64,000 nt of DNA. Origin: Dendrobates tinctorius (taxonomy: Eukaryota). The stretch lies in NCBI RefSeq assembly GCF_039654945.1, contig NW_027361819.1:1302001-1366000 (forward strand). The letters are read 5' to 3'. Position numbers and translations under genes: made by a program. How positions within the stretch are numbered: the first letter of the stretch is position 1; the number at the start of each line of letters is the position of its first letter. Below are positions 48,081 through 60,300 of the stretch, one piece after another. Below the pieces are notes generated by a model. That model was not told where the DNA came from. It worked only from the letters and a program-made list of their open reading frames with translations, and ran no database searches.

Positions 48081-51000
48081 ATTAAATGTTAATATAAGTA
48101 GAACTCCTCACTTTCTGTTACGGAGAGCCGTGTACTGATTATTAAATGTTAGGTGTACGCTTAATTATTATTGTTTCCAGGAGCACCAGTAGTGCCTTTA
48201 CCAGGTGGCAGACGGTACGATCATCCCGGGCCCCTCATTCGGATGTGATCACCCAGAGCTACCACCACTCCTAACTGTATCGGCATATAGTTAAGCTCTG
48301 CGGTGGTGTAGGGCGACATGATCTCCCTGCTCTACTGCTCTCCATTTTGTAGACCGCATGTCGCTTGACGCCTGCAGTTTACAGAACGATAGGGTGACAC
48401 GATGGGCCCCGGCACACACAGGACTTTAGCGTCCAGACACGCTGATGTCATTGCACAGAACCAAGACTCTGACATCTTGTGCGTGCACCATCGTGATGAC
48501 ATTGCAGTGGTCCACTTACACTTTTCCGGTGGACTCGTCAGGATCCAGGATTAGGTGGAGCATGGGGGAACCTCAAACTTTGTAAGGACTATTGTAGGGG
48601 GCCTTCATATTCCGTGGGAGCCATTATACATCATGGGAGCTAATGTGTGGACCATTATACAGTGTGAAGACTACTGTGGGGCCATTATACCCTTTGGGAG
48701 CTAATGAGAGGGCCATTATACAGCTTGTGGGCTAGTATGGGGACTACTGTGAGAGGCCCTCATACAGTGTGGGAGCCAATATAAAGTGTGGGGACTACTG
48801 TGGGGCCGTTATACAATGTGAGAGCATATATGAGCGCCATTCTACAGTTTAGCAGCCATCAAACAGTGTGGAGACTACTGTAGAGGCTAATATTAAGTGT
48901 GAGGGACATTATATAGTATTGAGGCTACCGTGGGAGCCATTATAGTGTGAGGGACATTATATAGAGTCGGGGTTATTGTGGGGGCCATTATACACTGTGA
49001 GGACTACTATGGGGGTCAGTATATTGTGTTTTGAGGGAGCAGTGGCCCCGTCATATTGTGTATAGGAGAGCTGTGGACTTAGCCTGCTTTGTATAGGGCA
49101 GCTGTGGGCCTTTCCTACTGTGCATAAAGATTTATTTTCAGTAATACCGTGATAATCGGCTGAGGTTCCCCTATACCCACAATTAGTGTGTGTCACCATA
49201 GTTGTAATCAGGGTAACCTAGTTAGGGGCCCACTCAGATGTTTTGCCCCCCCCCCCCCCCCCCCGAGCTAAACCCCTAGCTATGCCTCCGCTCAGAAGAA
49301 AAGGAGCACAATACTATAATGCAGATTTTACTGGTTTACGGATGCCATGACCCACTGGCAGAGCCCCTGAGGTGCCAGAACAGCCGACCCCCCAATAAAT
49401 GATCCCATTTTACAAACTACTCCTGTCAATGAATTGATCTAAGGGTGGAAGGATCATATTGACATCACAGGTGTGTCACAGACTTTTATAACATTGGGCA
49501 TGGGTATTTTCCAGAAACAAGCAGCAATGGATGTTGCTGAGTGAAAATTGCAAACTGCTGTTGTAGTGACCAGTACGCTGTAGTGACCAGTACGTTGTAG
49601 TCATCAGTACATTATGCCCAGCCCGTGCTTCTGTAGACACGCACCCGTAAGTTAGACGGGCTCTCATCACTACAGAAATGCCAACCGTGGACGCTATATG
49701 TGATTTAGACACACTGGGGCTCAGAAGGGAGGGGTGCATTTGCATTTAGGAGTGGAGAATTTGCTGAATTTCTTTTGGCGGGTGAGGAGCTATTTTGCTT
49801 TTTCAGAACCATTGTACCACCAGTAACTTGGAAGCCCCCTATATTTCCGTTAATAGGTGGCAGATCTGAGTAGGGACTTGCTCTTTTTGTGGACTGAAGC
49901 TTTTATTGGGAACATTTTACATAACGTTTGGGATCACAGTTATCCGGTGCTCTGCGCTGAGCACTTACATTGGGGTTTCCATGTATGGACCGGTAGAAGC
50001 GCTAAGCATGCGCGAAACAGCCGTAGTCCGTCAGGCTCTCTCATCTGCATAGCTCCCCTGCTACCTGCACTCTGCACTCTAATATGGTTTGATGTCACGT
50101 TTCACTACGGAATAAAATCGCACCTCAAGAAGGATCTGGGTGAGTGCTCCAGTTCTTCCAATTTCTTATGATTTACCTTGATGTCATCTATGTGAGTGCA
50201 CCACCCCACAGAGATCCTAAGGAGGCGCATTGAGGTGTGAACCAGTGAACATTGCTTGATTCCAGCAACTGGTGCTTAATTCTCTCTTTTTTTCAAATAA
50301 GAAGAATTGGTTTTATTTATTTTTTACGCTGTTCCTCGCGTGGGATAAGTGATTAGATGACATTATTCTTCGGGTCAGTACGATTACAGCGATATCAGAT
50401 TTATATCGTTTTTTATGTTTTGGCGCTTTTACACAGTAAAAACTATTTTAGAGAAAAAATAAGTTTTTGCATTGCTTTATTCTGAGAGCTATAACTTTTT
50501 TATTTTTCAGCTAACAGCTGTGTGGCTGCTTGTTTTTTGTGGACGAGATGATGTTTTCAGGTATGCCATTTCTATTTCCATTCGACTTTTTTGTTGCGTT
50601 TTATTGCACTTTTTGTTTGGCAGGATGAAGATAAAGCATCATTTTTTGACACTTTTTTTGCTGAAAGTGTTAACCGGTGGAACAGTTTTATAGGTCGGGT
50701 CGTTACGGACGTGGCAATACGAATTTTTTTTTTCCGTATATATATATGTGTATTGATTGGTAGAATTTTTTTTCATTTTTTTTGTTAATTAGTGATTTTT
50801 TAAAAAAATATTTTTAAAATTATTTTTACTTGGTTCCTCTATAGGGCTTTTTTTTTTTTACTCTGATCACTGGTAAAACACACTGCAATGCATTATACCT
50901 GTCAATGCTGCACAGACAGAAGACACTTGGACCATGCTTCTAGCATGCCCTAACAGGTTTGCCTGGAGGTCGTGGCAACAATCGGGCCCTGGTGATGACA

Positions 51001-52092
51001 TCATGGGGGCGCTGATCAAAAGAGAGTGCAATTTTTTTTGTATAAACAAAAGGGAGAGGGAGTCGCCTTCATCTTCTAGCCTTCTAAGGGTCCCGTTACA
51101 CATAGCGACGCTCCAGCGATCCCGAGAACGATACGACCTGATAAAGATCACTGGAGCGTCACTACATGATCGCTAGTGAGCTGTTAAACCGGTAGATCTA
51201 TTCAACGATGCAGCAACGATATGGCGATCCTCGGCCGTCGTTGGGACCTTGTCACACAGCAGCTATTCTGACGACACAGACCTTGATACACGTGCTTCAG
51301 CGAGGTCGCTCGTCGTTGTTACGGCGTCAAACACAGCGAGCATCGCTGGCCAGCGGGACACCAACGATCAAAAAATGGCCCAGGACATTCGCGCACGATC
51401 AACGAGATCGCAGCGGGTGCCCGCGCTGGTGAGGTCGCTGTTGCATCACAAAACCTGTGACGTGTCAGCGATCTCGTTATGTGAGGCGGGGCCTTAACGC
51501 TCCTGGCGGTGACAACCAGATTCCGCTCTAACTTAAAGAAGTTGTCCACTACTTGGAGAACTAAGGGCTGATAGCCAGAAACGCCTAAGAATGTGATCTC
51601 TGTTTTTATTCACATGGATTCCATTGTTATTTTAATGGTGTGAAATAAAGAAGGTATTTTTTTATACATTCAGCAAGTTGATCCTATTTTTTTCTAATAC
51701 CACTATCCGATGATCAGACGGACTCTGGATCTCTGCTGCAGCATTTAAGGCTACCAAGCACATATTACACGGTGAGGCAAGTTCCCCTTTTTTTTAATTT
51801 CCGTTGTTTTTCTACTTGGAGAACTCCTTGTCATCCCCCACGCTTGGCCCCAACAAAATAAAAAAGCTTATACTCCCCTCCCGTGCTGGTGCTGTTCCCA
51901 CGATGTCGGCACTCGCTTTCCCCGGGGGCCCCATGCTGTTGTTGTGACACATGACCCAGGTGCCCAATCAGCATTGGCATCACTGACCCCGCCTCCTATC
52001 AGATTGAATATGAAGAGGAAGTCAGAGATCAGCTGCAACTCGGACTTTCTCTTCATGTTCTATTTGTCCAAAGGCGCTGATTGGGTGCCGAG

Positions 52093-52403
52093 TAGTGATG
52101 AGCGAGTATGCTCGTTACTCGGGTTTTCCGTGCATGCTCGGGTGTTCTCTGAGTATTTTGGGCGTGCTCGGAGATTTAGTTTCTGTCTCCGCAGCTGCAT
52201 GATTTGCAGCTCCTAGACAGACTGAATATATATGGGGATTCCCTAACAAACAGGCATTCCCTGCATGTGTTCAGGTTGTCTAACAGCTGCAAATCATGCA
52301 GCTGTGGGGACCAAAACATAATCTACGAGCACGCCCGAAATACTCAAAGAGCACCCGAGCATGCTCGGAAAACCTGAGTAACGAGCACACTCGCTCATCA
52401 CTA
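52093..52403. mobile_element. hAT-type palindromic MITE
   Basis: TIR TAGTGATGAGCGAGT with a perfect 8-bp TSD GTGCCGAG. Confidence 0.9.
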
Positions 52404-52863
52404 GTGCCGAGCTAACTTGTCACAATAACCACACAGGAGTTCCGGGACCGTGAGTGCTGACACCGCTGGAACTGCATCGGCATGGAATGTGAGTATAGGC
52501 TTTTTTATTTTATCAGAGCCAAATATTTAGTTCAACAATGGGTTGTCCTTGTAGGGGACAACCCTTTTAAGCTGAGGTCCCATTGGCAATCACACGGTTA
52601 TAACCCCTGTGCCCTCACACAATTGCCATGACGTACCCATACGTCAAAAGTCAGGAACCCCCTTCTGACTCTAACGTATGGGTACATAAAATGGCGTGAA
52701 GAGGATAACTGTCCAAACTCCTTCCCGCTGTGCGTCTAAAGATGCTGCTGAACTCTACAGTCTTGTGGTGTTTTTTCTTAATGATGAGCCTGAAAAAAAA
52801 ACCATAGAACATACAGGGAAAAACTATAATTGAAAGATATACACCTGCTCTGTGTTTTGGATA

Positions 52864-53810
52864 TGTAACAAAAAGACATGAGACCGCTATAAAACTAGTG
52901 CAGGATTTTGCATTGATGAGGAAAGACTGTAATTTGCTGGCCAGCCAAAATTAAGCGGAACCAAAGTGAGCTGGAAGATTTGCAGGGGGAACGACATTGT
53001 GTGCTGGACCGGATCAGGTGATGCTCAGTAAGGACTTCACTGATATGCGCGCCCAACCATGAGGAGATTTGGCACCAGGGAAGAGAGCGAGGCAGATGTG
53101 CTCTACAGACACCTCTGAGACCAATGTGACAGACTTCAGCAGGGAGTCTGTGCTACCCAGGTGTCGGTCACCACCTGGCAAGGTCTCGATCCCCCAGAAG
53201 ATATCTTTGAGAACGGCTTACACTGGTCAGAGCCAGAATCTGTGCCCTGCGCTGGTCAAGCCTCTGAGGCCCGACTACGCCTGCCAAGAGTTGAGGCCCG
53301 ATCCTCTCTGCCCGAGCCTGAGAGACTTCCACTGACGGTTAAGCCAAGAAGAGCCATGCAACGACTGGGATAGGAGAGGCACACGTGCGAGAGAGGAGGG
53401 ACAGTGCAAGTGAGCAAGGCCATCACTTCCAGCTATCACCTACGGTACTAGGGTCAGCTGGGACTAGGATTACAGGATGGAAGGGGGCTGCTTGGGGCGA
53501 GCTTTAATACACTACGTCAGGAAGAGACCTGCTGCTTAGTGGGAAAACCTGGTGACTCCCGCTAGGGCCAGAGCTTCAAGTGACAACTCAAGTGGTGACT
53601 CCAAAGACTGGGCGCACCACCTTTGTGAAACGCACACTAGCGTTAAGTAGTGAGCGACTTTCTTGTTTATAGTAAACCTGTTGTGATTCCCTATACTGTT
53701 AAATTGTGTTTCTGCTAACACTAAATATTTAAAAGTTACTGTTGTGTATCAACCCCTGGCTGTTTCCACCTCATGATCTCTGATCGTTGCATCTAGACAC
53801 CTGCATTACA
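52864..53810 (+). mobile_element. Solo LTR, family C, inserted in a MITE ~270 bp upstream of TRIM copy 5
   Basis: TGTAA...TTACA termini and an imperfect TSD GATA/GAAA. The flanks rejoin as TGTTTTGGA..CACTCCTGGTTTTGGC, seen uninterrupted on the minus strand at ~57150-57180. Confidence 0.7.
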
Positions 53811-54083
53811 GAAACACTCCTGGTTTTGGCACAGCAATACTGATAAAATGCCGATCAAAAATACTGATGTGTGAATGAGGCCTAATATGATCAGGTGGAG
53901 TTACTACAACTCCTAATCCCACACCAGATCCTCATAAATGATCAGTAAGAGCTTACTTCATAAGTGTAGATCAGCAGTGAACACAACCATGGGGCTGTAG
54001 GGGTTAATGATTTTGCACAGACTCTCCGCCTTCTTACTGGGAGGAAACTTTTCCAATTTCAGTTCCCGCTCTTTCCCACTACA

Positions 54084-55511
54084 ATGGCGTCTGCGGAGCT
54101 GAGGGACGAGCTGAACTGCTCCATCTGCCTGAGCCTCTATACAGATCCCGTATCCCTGAGATGTGGACACAACTTCTGCCGCTCGTGTATTGTGAGTGTG
54201 CTGGATGCCCAGGAGGCGGCTGGAGGGTATTCCTGTCCTGACTGCAGAGCAGAATATCCGGAGCGTCCGGCCCCGGAGAAGAACCGAAAGCTGAGGAACA
54301 TAGTGGAGCGTTTCTCATCTACTCAGCCTGATATGGAGGAGACCAGGATCTTCTGTGCTTACTGTACAAAGTCTCCTGTACCGGTAGTGAAATCCTGTCT
54401 GCAGTGTGAGAATACTTTCTGTGACGACCATCTGACAGCCCACAACAAGACATTGGATCATATATTAATAGATCCCACAAGATGTTTTGGGAACAAAAAA
54501 TGTTCCCACCACAAGAAGGTTCTGGAGTATTACTGCCCGCAGGACGCGGCTTGTCTATGTGTGTCTTGTTGTTTGGTTGGTGACCACCAAGGATACCAGG
54601 TGGAACTTCTAGATGAGGCTTCTGAGAAGAAGAAAAAGGAACTGAGGAAATATCTGGATGAACTAAACCCACAAAAAGCAGAAATTCAGACAAGAGTCCA
54701 GAATCTGCAAGATCATAAGAGGAAGATCCAGGAGAAAGCCTCCGATAAGAGGAAGAACATCAGTAAGATATTTATGGACATTAAGAAGCAACTGGAAATG
54801 GCAGAAAAGAAAGCGCTGAGCGAGGTCTCCAGGCAGGAGGAGAAGATTGTGTCCCAGATATCTAATCTGATCAAGAAGCTGGAAATACAGGAGGACGAGC
54901 TGTCCAGGAAGATGCGTCACGTGGAGGAGATGTGTCGTGTCACCGACCCAATAAAACTCTTACATGAAAGTGACATTACAGTATGTAGTCATGGAGGTGA
55001 TGAGGACACAGGGGGAGATGGTGGAGAGCTCGGTACTGAGGAGGATCTGGATGAGGTTCTGATCTCACTTACCTTACACCGATCTATGAGGGATATTGTC
55101 ACCAATGTAACATCAGAGCTCGGGGTCCATGTCCCCGATATATTGCTGGATGTGGACACTGCTCATGAATGTATGAAGATATCAGGAGATCTGAAAATGG
55201 CAACAAAAGGAGAACAGGAGAAACTAAAATCTCCAGGAAGATTTGTAAATTACTCCCAGGTGTTAAGCAGATGTATCTTCTCCTCAGGGCAACATTACTG
55301 GGAGGTACAATGGGACCAGATAGGAGTCTGTGCTATTGGATTGTCCTATCCCAGTATAGATAGGCAAGGAGATAAGTCTAGTATTGGATATAATGATAAA
55401 TCTTGGTGTTTGGATATGTATAATGGAGGATATAAAGTATGGCACAACTCAGATAAACTAATCCTCAGTGTAAAGCCAACATGTCCAACACTTGGCATCT
55501 TCTGTCTATGA
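54084..55511 (+). CDS. TRIM E3 ligase copy 5, truncated in SPRY (possible pseudogene; relic frame runs to 55644)
   Basis: TTC-TTAGAC-TAT has become TTC-TGTC-TAT (net -2 nt) at ~55503, giving TGA at 55509-55511. The downstream YEAGRLSFYELCDPIRH...TIRS* is intact out of frame. Confidence 0.88.
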   Translation: MASAELRDELNCSICLSLYTDPVSLRCGHNFCRSCIVSVLDAQEAAGGYSCPDCRAEYPERPAPEKNRKLRNIVERFSSTQPDMEETRIFCAYCTKSPVPVVKSCLQCENTFCDDHLTAHNKTLDHILIDPTRCFGNKKCSHHKKVLEYYCPQDAACLCVSCCLVGDHQGYQVELLDEASEKKKKELRKYLDELNPQKAEIQTRVQNLQDHKRKIQEKASDKRKNISKIFMDIKKQLEMAEKKALSEVSRQEEKIVSQISNLIKKLEIQEDELSRKMRHVEEMCRVTDPIKLLHESDITVCSHGGDEDTGGDGGELGTEEDLDEVLISLTLHRSMRDIVTNVTSELGVHVPDILLDVDTAHECMKISGDLKMATKGEQEKLKSPGRFVNYSQVLSRCIFSSGQHYWEVQWDQIGVCAIGLSYPSIDRQGDKSSIGYNDKSWCLDMYNGGYKVWHNSDKLILSVKPTCPTLGIFCL

Positions 55512-56189
55512 GGCCGGGCGTCTGTCCTTTTATGAGCTGTGTGACCCCATCAGACACTTACACACCTTCACCGCCTCCTTCACTGAACCCCTACATGTTA
55601 TCATTTATCTGAATGATGGGGCCTCTGTTACAATAAGAAGCTGAGGCCGATGTCGTCCTCGTCACGTTATAATGACATTATTCCTTGTCACATGGACACA
55701 TCTGTATATAGTGAGTTATCAGCAGGACCCTCTAATAATACAATGTGTATGGCGGAGTCATGGGGGGATTGTTCCTATTGTTTTTTCCTCTTCCCTGTAG
55801 AAGAGGAAGAATCAATGATTGAGGAGAATGTAAATATTAATGGGTGAATTGTCCTGAGACTGATAATTGTTATTCAGTAAAGGGTTAATCCTATCTGATA
55901 AAGTGCTGGTATATACCTGGTATATGTCAGCACTATCTGACTCCCGGGACCCCCAACGATCCTGAGAATAAAGGGGCTGCAGCAGGGCCGGACAGGGACT
56001 AAAATTCAGCCCTGGCATTTGAAGTTACACAGGCCACTAGTCACATGGTGACTATATAATATCTTTGTACACTTGTAGGTTACAAGAAGTGAAAGGAGAT
56101 TAACACGACTATATAACATGTAGTCAGAGCTGTGCCCAGTATTTCAGCTCAGTCCTATTTATTGCTTTTAGGTACAGTACTCCTCCCAA

Positions 56190-56343
56190 AGCTCTGTCCC
56201 CTTTTGTATGCACGGTGATAGAATTCCTGGCAGAACTGCTATCCATTGGGCAACCAATATAATAATAGCTCTGTCCCCTTTTGTATGCACGGTGATAGAA
56301 TTCCTGGCAGAACTGCTATCCATTGGGCAACCAATATAATAAT
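56190..56343. repeat. 77-bp perfect tandem duplication
   Basis: AGCTCTGTCCCCTTTTGTATGCAC...CCAATATAATAAT occurs twice. Confidence 0.9.
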
Positions 56344-56362
56344 AATAGGTCATAGCCGCCCC

Positions 56363-56645
56363 TATAATAATCTTAATAATCTTTATTTTTATATAGCATA
56401 TAAACATATTCCGCAGCGCTTTACATTTTTCACACATTTTCACTGTCCCTAATGGGGCTCACAATCTAAATTCCCTATCAGTATGTCTTTGGAGTGTGGG
56501 AGGAAACCGGAGTACCCGGAGGAAACCCACGCAAACACGGGGAGAACATACAAACTCCTTGCAGATGTTGTCCTTGGTGGGATTCGAACCCAGGACCCCA
56601 GCGCTGCAAGGCTGCAGCGCTAACCACTGAGCCACCGTGCTGCCC
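56363..56645 (-). mobile_element. tRNA-derived V-SINE, well preserved
   Basis: A-box TGGCTCAGTGG, B-box GGTTCGAATCC, V-domain GGTTTCCTCCGGGTACTCCGGTTTCCTCCCACA and an (ATT)n-like tail. Confidence 0.9.
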
Positions 56646-56646
56646 A

Positions 56647-57100
56647 CACACCTCCCAAGTTTTGAAGAAGGGAAAGAGGGACAAAGACTGCGGCGCAACT
56701 AGTCACACCCATGTCCACGCCCAACCGCACCCATTTAGCACTGCTGATCACACTAACTGGTACTGAGGGCACAGTGGCTGGCATTATGGGCACACTGACT
56801 GGCACTAAGGAAGAGAGAAAACAGAGAGAGAGAGAAAAAAGAAAACACAGAGAAAGGAGAGCGAGAGAGAAAGTAAGAACAGGGAGCGAAAGAAGAAAGA
56901 ACAGAGAGAAAGAAAGAGGGGAAAGAAAGAACAGAGAGAGAAAGAGAAGTCAGAAAAGAAAGAACAGAGAGGAAAGAAAGAGGGGAAAGAAAGAACAGAG
57001 AGAGAGAAAGAAAAAAGAAAGATTAGAGAGAGAAAGAACAGAGAGAGAGAAAGAAAATGAGGGAAAGACAGAACAGAGAATGAGAAAGAAAGAACAGAGA
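56647..57100 (+). mobile_element. Inverted copy of the element at 1-1037 with GA-rich tract
   Basis: Starts CACACCTCCCAAG; reverse-complement match to 805-1037. Confidence 0.7.
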
Positions 57101-57378
57101 GGCCTCCTTCACAGATCAGTATTTTTGATCAGTATTTCATCAGTATTTGTATGCCAAAACCAGGAGTGTGTCCAAAACAAAGAACAGACATCAGTCTTTC
57201 AATTATATTTTTTCTCTGTAAGTTCCATTCCTGGCTTTGGCATACAAACACTGATGCAAAATGCTGACCAAATACTGACGTGTGAATGAGCCTAGAAAGA
57301 AAGAAAAATAGAGAAATAAAGAAAGATTCTATAAAGATACTATAGCAGCCCGGCTCCGATTGTAGTGCCCACCTGAGC

Positions 57379-60300
57379 CTCCCGGTGCAGGACATATCAT
57401 GATCCTCTCACATGGCCGGCATCCCCGATTCCATGGCGATCCTGCTGTCCTCGCTGTCGGAGGAGGACATGGTGATGGATCTGAAGCATTCCTAGTTCCC
57501 TCACAATCTCCTCATGAAATTACCTAATTTCCGGTCAGCTTCCAGCACATCACTTCCGGTGGACCGTCATGTGTGAGTTTTAAAATGCTCCTCTGGGCTC
57601 CACCGTGTACTCCTGGGTCCGTGGGAAAAGCCCACTTTGTATGCTTCGTATACACTTGGTTCTGCTCCGTACATCCAGTACACATATGGCTCCACTCCGT
57701 ACACACGACTCCGGTCCGTACACCCCGTACACACGTGGCTCCACTCCGTACACCAAGTACACACACGGCTCCAGTCCGTACACCTCGTTTACGTGCGGCT
57801 CTGCTCCATACACACGGCTCTGCTCCGTACACCTTGTACACATGGCTCCGCTGCGTACACCTCGTACACACACGGCTCCGCTCTGTACACCTCGTACACA
57901 CACGGCTCCTCTCCGTACACCTCGTACAAACGTGGCTCCGCTCCATACACCTCGCACACACGCGGTTCCGCTCCGTACACCTCATACACACGCGGCTCCG
58001 CTCCGTACACCTCATACACATACGGCTCGACTCCACTCCGTACACCTCGTACACACACGGCTCCGCTCCGTACACCTCGTACACATGGCTCCGCTCCGTA
58101 CACCTTGTACACACGGCTCCGCTCCGTACACCTCATACTCACGGCTCCGCTCCGTACACATGCGGCTCCGCTCCGTACACCTCGTACACACACGGCTCTG
58201 CTCCGTACACCTCGTACATATTCGGCTCTGCTCCGGACACCTCGTACACACGGCTCTGCTCAGTACACCTCGTACACACGGCTCTGCTCAGTACACCTCG
58301 TACACACACTGCTCTGCTCCGTACACCTCGTACACACACGGCTCTGCTCCGTACACCTCATACACACACGGCTCTGCTCTGTACACCTCGTACACACACG
58401 GCTCTGCTCTGTACACCTCGTACACACACGGCTCTGCTCAGTACACCTCATACACACACTGCTCTACTCCGTACAACTCGTACACACACTGCTCTGCTCC
58501 GTACACCACGTACACACACTGCTCTGCTCCGTACACCTCGTACACACACGGCTCCGCTCCGTACACCTCGTACACACACGGCTCCGCTCCGTACACCTCG
58601 TGCACACACGGCTCCGCTCCGTACACCTCGTACACACACAGCTCCGCTCCATACACCTTGTACACATACGGCTCGACTCCACTTCGTACACCTCGTACAC
58701 ACACGGCTCCGCTCCGTACACCTCGTACACATGGCTCCGCTCCGTACACCTTGTACACACGGCTCCGCTCCGTACACCTCATACTCACGGCTCCGCTCCG
58801 TACACACGCGGCTCTGCTCCGTACACCTCGTACACACACGGCTCCGCTCCGTACACCTCGTACACGCGGCTCCGCTCCGTACACCTCGTACACGCGGCTC
58901 CCGGTGCAGGACATATCATGATCCTCTCACATGGCCGGCATCCCCGATTCCAAGGCGATCCTGCTGTCCTCTCTGTCGGAGGAGGACATGGTGATGGATC
59001 TGAAGCATTCCTAGTTCCCTCACAATCTCCTCATGAAATTACCTAATTTCCGGTCAGCTTCCAGCACATCACTTCCGGTGGACCGTCATGTGTGAGTTTT
59101 AAAATGCTCCTCTGGGCTCCACCGTGTACTCCTGGGTCCGTGGGAAAAGCCCACTTTGTATGCTTCGTACACACTTGGCTCTGCTCCGTACATCCAGTAC
59201 ACATATGGCTCCACTCCGTACACACGACTCCGGTCCGTACACCCCGTACACACGTGGCTCCACTCAGTACACCAAGTACACACACGGCTCCAGTCCGTAC
59301 ACCTCGTACACGTGCGGCTCTGCTCCATACACACGGCTCTGCTCCGTACACCTCGTACACACACGGCTCCCCTCCGTACACCTCGTATACACACGGCTCT
59401 GCTCCGTACACCTTGTACACATGGCTCCGCTGCGTACACCTCGTACACACACGGCTCCGCTCTGTACACCTCGTACACACACGGCTCCTCTCCGTACACC
59501 TCGTACAAACGTGGCTCCGCTCCATATACCTCGTACACACGCGGTTCCGCTCCGTACACCTCATACACACGCGGCTCCGCTCCGTACACCTCATACACAT
59601 ACGGCTCGACTCCACTCCGTACAACTCGTACACACACGGCTCCGCTCCGTACACCTCGTACACATGGCTCCGCTCCGTACACCTTGTACACACGGCTCCG
59701 CTCCGTACACCTCATACTCACGGCTCCGCTCCGTACACATGCGGCTCCGCTCCGTACACCTCGTACACACACGGCTCTGCTCCGTACACCTCGTACATAT
59801 TCGGCTCTGCTCCGGACACCTCGTACACACGGCTCTGCTCAGTACACCTCGTACACACACTGCTCTGCTCTGTACACCTCGTACACACACGGCTCTGCTC
59901 CGTACACCTCGTACACACACGGCTCTGCTCTGTACACCTCGTACACACACGGCTCTGCTCTGTACACCTCGTACACACACGGCTCTGCTCCGGACACCTC
60001 GTACACACGGCTCTGCTCAGTACACCTCATACACACACTGCTCTACTCCGTACAACTCGTACACACACTGCTCTGCTCCGTACACCACGTACACACACTG
60101 CTCTGCTCCGTACACCTCGTACACACGGCTCCGCTCCGTACACCTCGTACACACACGGCTCCGCTCCGTACACCTCGTGCACACACGGCTCCGCTCCGTA
60201 CACCTCGTGCACACACAGCTCCGCTCCATACACCTTGTACACACGGCTCTGCTCCATACACCTCGTACACATATGGCTCGACTCCACTCCGTACACCTCG

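Noticed and set aside
56570-56645. tRNA-like A and B boxes
   Set aside because: This is the head of a V-SINE, not a tRNA gene.
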